Source of the DNA: Pseudomonadales bacterium
GTDB lineage: Bacteria > Pseudomonadota > Gammaproteobacteria > Pseudomonadales > Pseudohongiellaceae
Length of the DNA: 64,000 nucleotides
Reading direction: 5' to 3'
Assembly: GCA_022819645.1 (NCBI GenBank)
Contig: JAJEGU010000006.1
Location: 6,620-70,619 of the forward strand
Numbering within the stretch: position 1 is the stretch's first letter; each line of letters starts with the position of its first letter. Position numbers and translations under genes: made by a program. The notes beneath the pieces are model-generated. The model worked only from the letters and a program-made list of their open reading frames with translations, searched no databases and was not told the origin of the DNA. Of the stretch, positions 1-8,969 are shown piece by piece.

Positions 1-290
1 TGCTGGCCGGGTGCGCCGCCGCCCCTGCCGACATTCCTCCGGCGATGGTGGACACAACCCCGTATCAGGGAATGACCTGCGAAGGATTGCTTCTGGCCGC
101 ACAGAACGAAGGTGTGAATCTCGAACTTGTCAGCAGGGACCAGCGAATCTCCCGGAACTGGGACATCGCACTGAACTGGTTATTGCTTCCCGGCGTGGGA
201 GCCTTGACGGGTGACTCGGAACGCGAGGTGGCCGAGGCGAAGGGCCGAGTACTCGCCATTCAGAACGAGTACAGTTCTCGCTGCGAATAG
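1..290 (+). CDS. small lipoprotein-like protein, 5' end off-window, unknown function
   Basis: Frame 3 is open from the window edge. It reads LAGCAAAPADIPPAMVDTTPYQ... (LAGC lipobox-like) through to TAG at 288-290. The track ORF 45..290 is the internal-Met version. No family recognised. Confidence 0.35.
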   Translation, partial: LAGCAAAPADIPPAMVDTTPYQGMTCEGLLLAAQNEGVNLELVSRDQRISRNWDIALNWLLLPGVGALTGDSEREVAEAKGRVLAIQNEYSSRCE

Positions 291-302
291 GGGAACGATG
301 CC

Positions 303-599
303 ATGAAGAAAGCGGCACTGATAGTAGTAATGGCGGCAGTGTTCATTTCCTGTGGAACTGTTGTGGGCTGGAATGACCCGGATAACATCGACCCGAAAAT
401 TGGAATGTCCGTCGCCGAACTTCGCGAGCATTTGCGGGAGAGCGGATGGGCACCCCTTGCTGTGGATTCGTGGGAGACCATCACAGCGCAAGGCACCATG
501 AGAACGCTTGTCTATTGCGTTTCCAATTTTGGCGGCTGTACCGACAGGATGTATTTCCGGTTCGTCAACGACAGACTTTCATCTATCTCAAGAATCTGA
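303..599 (+). CDS. small lipoprotein, unknown function
   Basis: The N-terminus MKKAALIVVMAAVFISCGT looks like a signal peptide plus a lipobox Cys. The gene starts 13 nt after the previous stop. No family recognised. Confidence 0.5.
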   Translation: MKKAALIVVMAAVFISCGTVVGWNDPDNIDPKIGMSVAELREHLRESGWAPLAVDSWETITAQGTMRTLVYCVSNFGGCTDRMYFRFVNDRLSSISRI

Positions 600-666
600 T
601 TTTCAATCGCAACAGGAGAAATCATGAACGAAAATCCAGCAGAATCGCAGTCCCTTGAAATCGCGC

Positions 667-972
667 CTAGCGATTGGAAATTGAAGTCAATGGCTCTTCG
701 AGACGAAGCTTACCGTCTGGAGCTAAGTACACCAGCGGGAGACCTGCAAATCGTTGAAGTTCCTGGACCGGAACTGCACGTCTAACTAGCCGAAGTTCAT
801 AGCAAAGCGCTAGCCACTCTCGAGACAACAGAAGCCGGGTCTTTTGTTCAACGGCTTCTAGGTATTCAGGAGATGCTGTCTTATGTGTCGGGGCAGTTGG
901 CCGAGTTATGGCCTTACGCCTGCGCCGGGAAATTGCCGACTCAAAGAGAATAACGTTGTCGTCGTTCGACAT
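667..972 (-). CDS. hypothetical protein (doubtful)
   Basis: A 101-aa ORF with no recognisable motif. Its start codon sits 2 nt from a perfect 20-bp hairpin that would bury any RBS. A 53-aa ORF on the + strand (624-785) overlaps it. Confidence 0.25.
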   Translation of the reverse strand: MSNDDNVILFESAISRRRRKAITRPTAPTHKTASPEYLEAVEQKTRLLLSREWLALCYELRLVRRAVPVQELQRFAGLPLVYLAPDGKLRLEEPLTSISNR

Positions 973-973
973 A

Positions 974-1018
974 GGACAAACCCTTCCGATACCATTGCGG
1001 TATCGGAAGGGTTTGTCC
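974..1018. repeat. perfect 20-bp inverted repeat with 5-nt loop
   Basis: GGACAAACCCTTCCGATACC (974-993), loop ATTGC, then GGTATCGGAAGGGTTTGTCC (999-1018). The right arm is the exact reverse complement of the left. There is no U-tract on either strand. Confidence 0.9.
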
Positions 1019-1117
1019 CGCTTCGGCTGCCACTTTGCGGAAGATTACCTCATGAGACCGATGCTTGTTCCAGAGCGCGACCTCAAAGGCGCGACACCGG
1101 AAAAGCTGGCGCTGGCC

Positions 1118-2106
1118 CTACTCAGACCGCGCCGCGCTCGAAAGCCCGTTGTCGGCGATAAGGCGGCTGTACAAGAGCCGTCTGCCGACAAACCGGGCCA
1201 CCGTCTCCCGCATCTGCTCGACCGTTCCTGATTCGCGCATGTTGTGACGTGCGACGAATTCCTGAACGTATCGGTTCAGGTGTTTCGGACTCATCTTGTG
1301 AAACGTGCCCTTGTGGGCGCGTTTCAGCATCGACCAGAACGATTCCACGCCGTTAGTATGCACCGGTCCGCGCACATATTCCATCAGTGAGTGAACGACG
1401 GTCTCGTGATCGTAGCCGTTGATCAGGTTGGCGAGCGACTGATAGGCACCTGATTCGTCGGTGTAGACGCGGGCGCCGTTCGCGGTGTGTTCCTCGACGA
1501 AGGGGATCAGCGTATCGGAATCCACGTTGCTGACGACTTCCGCCCGGACCTGATTCGTGTCGTGGTCCTGGATGCCGGCGACGGCTGTCTTGCCGACCGC
1601 GCCCCGGCCAGTTCTTTCCGCCTGGCGTTGCTCATGTTGGCCCGCTTGCCGCCAACGTAGGTCTCATCGACTTCAACCGGCCCGCCAAAATCGTCGCTCC
1701 CGCCGTCGCCTAGCCAGGCTTCCCGGATGCGGTGAATCATGAACCAGGCCGTTTTCTGCGTTACGCCGATGTCGCGATGAAGCTTCATGCTGGACACGCC
1801 TTTCAGATTCGTCAGGCACAGATAGATCGCGATGGCCCACTTGCGGAGCGGGATGCGAGAAGATTCAAGCAGCGTTCCGGTGCGGACGCTGAAGTACTTG
1901 CGGCAGTCGCGGCAGCGATAGGGCTGCGGCTTGCGGTTGGGGGTCTCGTGCGTGTTCGTGCCGCCACAATGACCGCAGCATCGCTTGCCGTCCCAGAAGA
2001 TTGACTCGAACCATTCGGCGGCGGCGGCTTCGGTGCTGAACTTGTCCATCAGTTGCATCAGCGTCATGCCGACTCGATGGGACTTTCCCGGGGCTGTCTG
2101 TGACAT
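1118..2106 (-). mobile_element. IS1595-family (ISXO2-like) transposase gene, split by a 1-nt frameshift; IS termini not determined
   Basis: ORF 1507..2106 has the N-terminal zinc-ribbon region (CCGHCGGTNTHE...YRCRDCRKYFSVRTGT) and ...VEVDETYVGGKRANMS. ORF 1118..1525 continues with DSDTLIPFVEEHT...VYTDESGAYQSL...HETVVHS..YVRGPVHTNGVESFWSMLKR. Reading one frame over from about 1600-1607 (a C/G run) gives GAVGKTAVAGIQDHDTNQVRAEVVSNVDSDTL, which joins the two halves. Confidence 0.85.
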
Positions 2107-2190
2107 GGGATTAACCTCTCGACGCTGGAGATATTGTCCGCTATTTCCCGCCGCTTGTCAAACTAAATATATAATCGCCTAAATTACGCA

Positions 2191-2425
2191 ATCGGGATTT
2201 CTGAAGATGCCGGCAGGGCGTAACTGGGGGTCGTCGAGTACGGTTGACCTGCATCCCGACGGCGAGAGCATCTGGGTGGCGAGCGGTGCGGCGCCAATAT
2301 CAATGCCTGCGTGCAGAACCCCGATGTCAATCCCGTGATGCTTTTTGACAAGGACGGCAACATCATGCGCAGTTTCGGCGTCGGCTATATTTCCTGACCT
2401 CATGGCATTCACGTGGACCACGACG
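2191..2425 (+). pseudogene. fragment of an NHL-repeat beta-propeller gene (paralog of the CDS at 16022..17107)
   Basis: The fragment translates as LKMPAGRNWGSSSTVDLHPDGESIWVA, then after a 1-nt shift near 2279-2281 as ERCGANINACVQNPDVNPVMLFDKDGNIMRSFGVGYIS*PHGIHVDHD. The intact gene reads PLPDGREWGSTSAVDIDIDGESIWVAERCGSNSCALSDVDPVIKYDPEGNILTSFGGGMIIWPHGIHIDIDG. An in-frame TGA (2395-2397) replaces the Trp codon. The fragment is truncated at both ends. Confidence 0.7.
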
Positions 2426-2432
2426 CCAAGCT

Positions 2433-2768
2433 ATGCTTGGCGGCTGGACCGTACTCGACTTTGGCTGTGGTTGCACACGAGTGCTCGCGCACTTCTTCTG
2501 CGAAGATACGAAATGGAAGTTCACAGGTACTGATATTGACAGCGACGCGATAGTTTGGGTCCGGAAAAACTTTCCTGGTAAGGCTAGTTGGGACATCAAC
2601 GATAAACGACCTCCGCTCCCCTACGCCTCGCGGAGATTTGATGTTGTTTTTGCAATTTCTTTGTTCACTCACTTTGACGAGGATATGCAGTTTGATTGGT
2701 TGCAAGACCTCACGGAAAAGAACGCGCTTGTAATGCGCTATGGGCGTCCTGGGCCTGTACACTGGTAA
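2433..2768 (+). pseudogene. class I SAM-dependent methyltransferase fragment
   Basis: Motif I (VLDFGCGC) lies at the extreme N-terminus, followed by GTDIDSDAI and FDVVFAISLFTHF. The usual residues upstream of motif I and a full C-terminal half are missing. It abuts the NHL fragment. Confidence 0.45.
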
Positions 2769-3151
2769 TTCCGATCAAACCTCCAACGACTGCAAGCTTG
2801 TACAGGTTCATAATCTATGCAGTTACTTACTCCCTGAAGAGAATCGTATTCCCAAGCCGCACAACTGTTGTAGCTGTAAGAATTCACGCATTCGCTTGAT
2901 ATGAGGTTGAAAGCTTCGAAGCCTGTGAAGTTCCATGCCTGGCAACGTTCTAGCACAATGTGTTCGGATGCTGTCCAGTCAATTTCTGGACTCGATAGTG
3001 AGCTTGTCGCGCTCATGATTATCACGCCATTGCTACCGCCGCTAGCCACCGGAACCAGTAATTCTGAAGAGCCGCAATTGGCCAGACAGGCAGATGACCA
3101 AATAAGGGAAATCCTTAACACAGAGTGAAGGTGGATTATCTTGCCAGTCAT
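2738..3151 (-). CDS. hypothetical Cys-rich secreted protein
   Basis: A 137-aa ORF in a low-GC stretch with a hydrophobic N-terminus (LRISLIWSSACLANC) and several Cys. Its start overlaps the stop of the upstream ORF (ATGA at 3148-3151). Confidence 0.4.
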   Translation of the reverse strand: MTGKIIHLHSVLRISLIWSSACLANCGSSELLVPVASGGSNGVIIMSATSSLSSPEIDWTASEHIVLERCQAWNFTGFEAFNLISSECVNSYSYNSCAAWEYDSLQGVSNCIDYEPVQACSRWRFDRNYQCTGPGRP

Positions 3152-3531
3152 ATCGTGACACCCTTTGTGGCATTTAAGGCATTGATGATGTTCCTTTTGA
3201 AGTCTTCAAGAGGTTTTCGCTCCTCGCAACAGAGTTTGCGGTAGCTCATTGTGTCGGAACGATCCAAATGCCTCGCATTCTCAGTAACATGATGGATCGT
3301 CAGAGCATTCTCCATTTGTTTGAAACAGGGTATCGGCCCGTTGTCTCTCCGATAATTATTCATGACATATCCATCTGGATTGTCACGAAGCCAAAGTCGA
3401 TATTCTTCGTCTTTTTTGTAGAACTCAATGCAACATGGCGGTAGTTCAAATTGCCGGAGCATGGAATTCCCAAGTTTGATGGACTTAGGCTCGAATCCGC
3501 CCGGGGGCAAGGGAATTTTCATTGCGGTCAT
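3148..3531 (-). CDS. hypothetical protein
   Basis: A 127-aa ORF in low-GC sequence, translationally coupled to the ORF 2738..3151. No family recognised. Confidence 0.45.
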   Translation of the reverse strand: MTAMKIPLPPGGFEPKSIKLGNSMLRQFELPPCCIEFYKKDEEYRLWLRDNPDGYVMNNYRRDNGPIPCFKQMENALTIHHVTENARHLDRSDTMSYRKLCCEERKPLEDFKRNIINALNATKGVTI

Positions 3532-3703
3532 CGGTTTGTTGCCTCTCGCGCGAATCCGTCGGCAAGTATAGCAATTTGCCGCGAGACATGTTCAATGAGG
3601 ATGTCAAGCAGTAAAGGCGAACCGTACATAGAATTGAGTATTTACGGCGTCATCCACACGCCCCGCCAGCAGACGGAGACGCATCGAAGCCACAAACCCA
3701 CCT

Positions 3704-4660
3704 TCAAATGCAGTCAGTGGTAAAGGCAAGCACATCGCCGATGGTATCCGCCCCACCAAGCAGCATCAGCAGGCGGTCCACACCGAAAGCGACACCGCTG
3801 CATTCGGGCAGGCCGTGTTCCATTGCCGCCAGCAGTTTTTCATCGATTTCGGGAACGGGGCGGCCAAGTTCGGCGCGCCTTTGCCGTTCGCGCTCGAATC
3901 TGGCGCGCAGCTTCTCCGCATCGGTTTCCTCGTCGTAGCCGTTGGCGAGTTCCATGCCCCGACAGAACAACTCGAAGCGCCGGGCCACCGGCTCGCCTTC
4001 CCGACCCGGCCCGATTCGGGCAAGTGCCGCCTGGGCCGCCGGGTAGTCGTAAACGAAGCAATACTCGGGAAATTGCGGTTCAATCACCTGGCCGAGCAAC
4101 AATTGCAGACAGTCCGTGGCGTCGAGTCCGGAGACGTCCACCGGCAGTCTTTGCCGGGTAAGCCCCCGCAATACTTCGAGTTCGACCCGGTGCGGGTCGA
4201 AGCCGAGATGCTCCAGGAAAACCTCGCGATAGCGCAGGCGCGGAATCGTGGCTTGCGGCAGAAACTCCCGCAGCAGGTCTGCGACTTCGTCCATGAGCTG
4301 TTCCAGGCGGAACCCGGGGCGATACCATTCGAGCAGCGTGAATTCCGGATTGTGCCGAGCGCCGGCGTCGCCCTGGCGGAAAGCCTTGCCCATCTGGTAA
4401 CAGGCGCCGCTGCCCGCGGCGAGCAGGCGTTTCATGGCGTATTCGGGCGAGGTTTGCAGGTAGAAGACTTGTGGCTGTCCCGCAAGTTCCACGCTGGCGG
4501 GAATTGAGTCGATATGGACATCGGTAACCGTGGTCGGGGCGAACAGCGGGGTTTCCACTTCGAGCACATCCCGCCCGGCGAAAAATCGGCGAATTCCTGC
4601 GAGGGTTTCGGCCCGCAGTCTCAGTATTTCCGGCCTTGCGCCGGGGCGCCATTCTGTCAC
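3704..4660 (-). CDS. epmA: elongation factor P--(R)-beta-lysine ligase (class II LysRS-like, PoxA/GenX)
   Basis: Class II aaRS core motifs are present: LEVETPLF, YLQTSPEYAMKRLL, FRQGDAGARHNPEFTLLEWY, ELANGY, GVAFGVDRLLML. I place the start at GTG 4660, just after the efp stop (4672). The longer track ORF would run through efp. Confidence 0.9.
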   Translation of the reverse strand: MTEWRPGARPEILRLRAETLAGIRRFFAGRDVLEVETPLFAPTTVTDVHIDSIPASVELAGQPQVFYLQTSPEYAMKRLLAAGSGACYQMGKAFRQGDAGARHNPEFTLLEWYRPGFRLEQLMDEVADLLREFLPQATIPRLRYREVFLEHLGFDPHRVELEVLRGLTRQRLPVDVSGLDATDCLQLLLGQVIEPQFPEYCFVYDYPAAQAALARIGPGREGEPVARRFELFCRGMELANGYDEETDAEKLRARFERERQRRAELGRPVPEIDEKLLAAMEHGLPECSGVAFGVDRLLMLLGGADTIGDVLAFTTDCI

Positions 4661-4671
4661 GGTGGCGAAGC

Positions 4672-5244
4672 CTAGCGGCTGACCCGGTTCTGGTACTCCC
4701 CGGTTCGGGTATCCACCCGCAGCACGTCGCCTTCGTTGACGAACAGGGGCACCTTGACCACGGCGCCGGAACTCAGGGTGGCGGGCTTGGATCCGCCCTG
4801 GGCGGTGTCGCCCTTGAGGCCGGGGTCGGTTTCGGTGACTTCGAGTTCGACGAAATTGGGTGGAATCACCGAGATGGGATTGTCGTTCCACAGCACGACC
4901 TGATACGCCTCCTGGGGTTTCAGCCAGTTTTTCGCCTCGCTGATGGCGCTGGCGTCGGCGGCGAGTTGTTCGTAGCTGCCGTCGGTTTTCATGAAATGCC
5001 AGAATTCGCCGTCTTCGTAGAGATACTCCATGTCGATTTCGAGCACGTCGGCGCCGGGCAGCGATTCGCCGGACTTGAAGGTGCGCTCCCAGACGCGGCC
5101 ATTGAGCAGATTGCGGAACTTGACTCGATTGAAAGCCTGGCCCTTGCCGGGCTTGACGAATTCGTTTTCCAGAATCGAGCAGGGTTCGCCGTCCACCAGC
5201 AGTTTCAGACCGCCCTTGAACTCGTTGGTTGAATAGGATGTCAT
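4672..5244 (-). CDS. efp: elongation factor P
   Basis: Starts [49 protein letters not shown] and contains the KPGKGQA loop with the modified Lys. About 190 aa from ATG 5244. The upstream extension in the track ORF is unlikely. Confidence 0.95.
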   Translation of the reverse strand: MTSYSTNEFKGGLKLLVDGEPCSILENEFVKPGKGQAFNRVKFRNLLNGRVWERTFKSGESLPGADVLEIDMEYLYEDGEFWHFMKTDGSYEQLAADASAISEAKNWLKPQEAYQVVLWNDNPISVIPPNFVELEVTETDPGLKGDTAQGGSKPATLSSGAVVKVPLFVNEGDVLRVDTRTGEYQNRVSR

Positions 5245-5287
5245 AGCATTTCCCCTGTTTCTCTTTGTTGCCTGGTGCGCTGCCAAC

Positions 5288-6286
5288 ATGCTCCCAGCCA
5301 GTGAGTCAGCCGCGGATTGGCGGCAATCCCTCTCCGATCTGATTACCGATCCCCGGGAGCTTGCCGATTTCCTGCAACTCGACCAGCGGCAAAATCCGGC
5401 CGGTGAACTGGCGCTCAGGCAGTTTCCGCTGAAGGTGCCGCGGGGCTTCGCCGCGCGCATGGAAAAAGGCAACTGGCGGGACCCGCTGCTGCGGCAGGTG
5501 TGGCCCGCCGCCGCCGAAGAGCGCGCCGCGCCGGGCTTTGTGGCCGACCCGCTGCGGGAGCGCCATTATAATCCGCGGCCCGGGCTGCTGCACAAGTATC
5601 GGGGCAGGGCGCTGCTGATCGCCGCGCCGCATTGCGCGATTCACTGCCGCTACTGTTTCCGCCGCGAATTCGATTACCAGGGCAATACGCCGGGCCGACG
5701 CGATTGGCTCGCGGCGCTGGGCTATATCCGGGACGACGCCAGCATCGTGGAAGTGATTCTCAGCGGGGGCGACCCTCTGGCGCTGGCGGACCGGCAACTC
5801 GGCTGGCTTATCGAGGCCATTGCCGACATTTCCCATGTAAGCACCCTGCGCATCCACACCCGTTTGCCCGTGGTGATTCCCGAGCGGGTCACGGCGGAAT
5901 TGCTGGCCATGCTCGCCCAAAGCAGGCCCCGGGTCGTGGTGGTCATTCATTGCAATCATGGCCGGGAAATCGACTCCCGGGTCGCCGCCGCGCTGGGGGC
6001 CCTGCATGGGAACGGAAGCACCCTGCTCAATCAGACGGTGCTGCTCAGGGGAGTCAATGACGAGGCAAGCACACTTTTTTCGCTCTCAATGCGGCTTTTT
6101 TCAGAAAATGTACTACCTTATTACCTGCACCTGCCGGATCGGGTCGCGGGAACCTCACATTTTCAGGTAGACCTAGACTCCGCCCTGGCGATCATGGGGG
6201 AGTTGCAGGCGTCCCTCCCCGGCTATCTGGTGCCCCGCCTCGTGCGGGAAGAACCGGGCCAGCCTGCGAAAACGCGAATGTCATGA
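5288..6286 (+). CDS. epmB: EF-P beta-lysylation radical-SAM lysine 2,3-aminomutase
   Basis: Has the [13 protein letters not shown] radical-SAM cluster motif and lysine 2,3-aminomutase-like sequence. It is divergent from efp-epmA, which is the usual synteny. Confidence 0.9.
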   Translation: MLPASESAADWRQSLSDLITDPRELADFLQLDQRQNPAGELALRQFPLKVPRGFAARMEKGNWRDPLLRQVWPAAAEERAAPGFVADPLRERHYNPRPGLLHKYRGRALLIAAPHCAIHCRYCFRREFDYQGNTPGRRDWLAALGYIRDDASIVEVILSGGDPLALADRQLGWLIEAIADISHVSTLRIHTRLPVVIPERVTAELLAMLAQSRPRVVVVIHCNHGREIDSRVAAALGALHGNGSTLLNQTVLLRGVNDEASTLFSLSMRLFSENVLPYYLHLPDRVAGTSHFQVDLDSALAIMGELQASLPGYLVPRLVREEPGQPAKTRMS

Positions 6287-6307
6287 ACTGAAGAGGAGAA
6301 TCTGTCC

Positions 6308-7594
6308 ATGGACGGGTCCCTGCAATCTGAAGCGGCGCAATTGCCGAACGAATATCTCGACGCACTCACCGGCCTGCCGAACCGGGCCTTTCTTGAAAAC
6401 GCACTCAGTCAGGCGCTGGCCGATGGTGGGCCGGCCACGCTGGCGCTGTTGCAACTGGAAAACTTCTACGAGATCCGCTCCTGGGTGGGCAAGTCCGATG
6501 CAAGTTTCGTGCTCTGTGATGTGGCAAGGCTGCTGGCGAAGAATCTGCCCCCGGGCATTTCCCTGTGCCGCTGCGAAAACTACGAGTTTGCCCTGCTCCT
6601 GCTCAATGAGGAAAGCGTCCGGGCCCGGCAGATAACCGACCGGATCAAGCAGGCCCTGCAGACTACGGTTTCCGAATCGATTCCGTCCCGGATTGAACTC
6701 AAGTGCGCAGTGGGTCTGGCCGCTGTGGAGCCCGGCGTGAGCGGGCCGGAAGTGATGTTTGCCCGGGCCAGGCACCAGTTGCGCGTCGCCCTGTTCCGCC
6801 GCCACGGCGAAAGCTGCCTTTCCACCATGCACGAAGTCGATGGATTCGACCCCGTGGAGCTTGGCCCCGCGCTGGGGCGCCAGCCGCTGGCGCTGAATTT
6901 CCAGCCCATCGTCAGCCTGCTGCCGGACGGCGTGGAACGCTATGAGGTACGTTGCCGGTTGCCATTGGAAAACCGCCGTCTTGCGCCTCTACGGTTATTT
7001 GAAATCGCGGTGCGGAATGCTCTCGGCGGCATTATCGACCGGCAACTGTGCCGCCGTGGGCTTGGCGTCCTGCGGGAAAGCGGCAAACCCTCGCTATGTC
7101 TTTTTGTCAATCTGACCCTGAACTCGCTGGTGGACCCGGATTTCTACCGCTGGCTCGAGGCCGAGCTCGCCCCGGTGCCGCATCTTGCCCGGCAACTCGT
7201 CTTGCAGGTCAGCGAGATAGACGTGCTGGTGGCCCAGCACCACGTGCAATACTTCTGCGAACACCTGGCCCGGCTCGAAGTTCGCCTTGCCATCAGCCAT
7301 TTCGGCTTCACCGACAACCCTTTCCGCTATCTGCCGCTGCTGAACGTCGATTTCATGAAGATCAACCTGTCCGGGGGAAACCGGGCCGGCGCCGACCGCA
7401 AGCAGGCGCAGGCTCTTCTGCGGGGATTGCAGGATACCGGGCTAGAGGTGATTGCCGCCCTGGTGGAAGACATGGACGACTTGCCCTGGTTGTGGCGCGC
7501 CGGGGCAAGGCTTACCCAGGGTTTTTGCCTTGCCAGGCCCAATGCCGGGTTGACATACGAGTTTCCCCGAGAGATGGCCGTCCGCGCCGCCTGA
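6308..7594 (+). CDS. signalling protein with degenerate GGDEF and degenerate EAL domains
   Basis: The N-terminal half opens LDALTGLPNRAFL but has ENYEF where GGDEF is expected. The C-terminal half has the EAL fold (FQPIVSL...YEVRCR, VNLT, QVSE, MKIN, TQGF). It has SHFGF in place of DDFG and LVED in place of EGVE. Confidence 0.8.
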   Translation: MDGSLQSEAAQLPNEYLDALTGLPNRAFLENALSQALADGGPATLALLQLENFYEIRSWVGKSDASFVLCDVARLLAKNLPPGISLCRCENYEFALLLLNEESVRARQITDRIKQALQTTVSESIPSRIELKCAVGLAAVEPGVSGPEVMFARARHQLRVALFRRHGESCLSTMHEVDGFDPVELGPALGRQPLALNFQPIVSLLPDGVERYEVRCRLPLENRRLAPLRLFEIAVRNALGGIIDRQLCRRGLGVLRESGKPSLCLFVNLTLNSLVDPDFYRWLEAELAPVPHLARQLVLQVSEIDVLVAQHHVQYFCEHLARLEVRLAISHFGFTDNPFRYLPLLNVDFMKINLSGGNRAGADRKQAQALLRGLQDTGLEVIAALVEDMDDLPWLWRAGARLTQGFCLARPNAGLTYEFPREMAVRAA

Positions 7595-7638
7595 GGCTTT
7601 CGATTGCCAACATTGGCAGCGGCAATTATGCTCGCGCT

Positions 7639-8964
7639 ATGAAGTCCACCCGCATTGGTTCGCGCATTTCCCTGATTGCCTGTATCGCCTTGTTGCTGGC
7701 CATGAGCCTGTTCTGGCTGATCAGCAGCTACCATACGCGGCAGGTGCTCCAGGCCCAGGCGGACCAGCTTGGCCCCACCATTGCGCGGCAGGCGGCGGAA
7801 TTGCTCGCCGAGCACGTCGAGGCCGATGACCTCATCAGTATCAATGTCATTCTGGAAGAATTGGCGGCGGACCCGGCGGTCATCGAAGCCAGCCTGCTCG
7901 ATGAACAGGGGCAAAGCGTGGCGGTGGCGGGCAACCCCAATACCGTATCCTCCATTGCCTTGCTCACGCGACCGATGCTGCGGGAGGAGTATTACACCCG
8001 CAGCATTCAGTTTTTCGGCGCCGATCAGGGTACCGTCAGCGTTGCCCTGGATCTCGGCTATCTGCAGGCAACCCTGAACGACAATCTGCTGCTTGTGGGC
8101 GGCGCCACCCTCGTCATGCTGCTGGTCACCTGGATTTTTCTCGCAATCTATTGCCAGGTCGCGCTTGGTTTTCCGCTCAATCTGCTGGGTTGGTCCCTGG
8201 GCAAGATCAGGCGCGGAGAAATCGCCGAGTGCCCCGAACCCACCGGGCATGATGAAGTGGCCAATCTTACCCGGCAATACAATGCCACGGCGAAGTTTCT
8301 GTCTCGCAACACTTTTCTGGACCCGCTCAACGAGGAATCCCGGGAGCCGGACTTGCCGGAAGGGCAAGCGGTGGATCTCAGCGTACTCGTAATTCGCATG
8401 AGCAACTATTTCTCGCTGTCCACCGCCATGGGCCGGGAACAGGTGCTGCAATTGCTCGATCGTTACTACGTCCTCGCCGGCCAGGTGGGCCGGATCTACA
8501 ATGGCCGCGTCTGTTACTGCCACGAAGAGGAGATTTTCATTGCCTTCGACCGCAGCGCAGCCAGCGAGGAACAAGCCTATTACGCCATCTGCGCGGGGCT
8601 GCTGTTTCTTCGCCTGATTCCCCACCTCAATAAGCTTCCCGGCGTCGCCGGCGCCAGTTTCGGCCTCGTCGCCCACAGCGGCAAGCTGGAGGCAAGACTG
8701 TATTCACCCATCAGCGGCGCCAACGACAGCCTGATCGGCGAGGCTCCCGATCAGGCGCGGCGCATCTGCAACGACTGTCCCGATAACGCCCTGCTGCTCA
8801 GCCCGGAGTGCTACCAGCTCGCCGGCGCCGACTCCCGGATCAACGCTGAAGCCTTCAACGACCCGGACACCGAAGACCCGGCCCTCATCGCCCTCGCCCC
8901 GCCCGAGGAACTCGACGAGCTCCTCAACCTCCAGGCCAGCCGCCTTGCGGCATGCTTAGACTGA
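7639..8964 (+). CDS. membrane signalling protein: N-terminal TM, periplasmic region, second TM, HAMP-like linker, degenerate GGDEF/class III cyclase-like domain
   Basis: The start MKSTRIGSRISLIACIALLLAMSLFWLI is chosen over the Arg/Pro-rich upstream extension of track ORF 7048. There is a HAMP-like segment (GHDEVANLTRQYNATAKFL). The C-terminal LSVLVIRMSNYFSLS...CHEEEIFIAF aligns with the nucleotidyl-cyclase/GGDEF fold but lacks the canonical Asp and GGDEF residues. Confidence 0.65.
   Translation: MKSTRIGSRISLIACIALLLAMSLFWLISSYHTRQVLQAQADQLGPTIARQAAELLAEHVEADDLISINVILEELAADPAVIEASLLDEQGQSVAVAGNPNTVSSIALLTRPMLREEYYTRSIQFFGADQGTVSVALDLGYLQATLNDNLLLVGGATLVMLLVTWIFLAIYCQVALGFPLNLLGWSLGKIRRGEIAECPEPTGHDEVANLTRQYNATAKFLSRNTFLDPLNEESREPDLPEGQAVDLSVLVIRMSNYFSLSTAMGREQVLQLLDRYYVLAGQVGRIYNGRVCYCHEEEIFIAFDRSAASEEQAYYAICAGLLFLRLIPHLNKLPGVAGASFGLVAHSGKLEARLYSPISGANDSLIGEAPDQARRICNDCPDNALLLSPECYQLAGADSRINAEAFNDPDTEDPALIALAPPEELDELLNLQASRLAACLD
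8886..8948 (+). repeat. direct repeat copy A (3' coding end of the CDS 7639..8964)
   Basis: A 63-nt stretch matches 10993..11055 at 53 of 63 positions by my hand alignment. It encodes IALAPPEELDELLNLQASRLA. Confidence 0.85.
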
Positions 8965-8969
8965 TGAAG

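Noticed and set aside
908-1231. A 107-aa plus-strand ORF spanning the hairpin and the end of the transposase gene.
   Set aside because: It overlaps the transposase 3' end antisense and runs through the 45-nt palindrome. It has no motif and no RBS, so it is likely spurious.
1590-1615. Possible programmed ribosomal frameshift in the IS1595 transposase.
   Set aside because: As I recall, IS1595-family transposases are single-ORF proteins. The shift site (…CTGGCCGGGGCGCGG…) has no A/U-rich slippery heptamer. A mutational frameshift or a sequencing error in a C/G run is more likely.
3704-5472. The long versions of the epmA (395 aa) and efp (266 aa) ORFs.
   Set aside because: Each extension overlaps the neighbouring well-supported gene or the divergent promoter region and is Arg-rich. 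Canonical-length proteins start at GTG 4660 and ATG 5244.
7048-7638. The N-terminal 197-aa extension of the 638-aa ORF (7048..8964).
   Set aside because: The extension overlaps the 3' part of the GGDEF-EAL gene in another frame and is Arg/Pro/Gly-rich. A proper signal-anchor start (MKSTRIGS...) exists at 7639.
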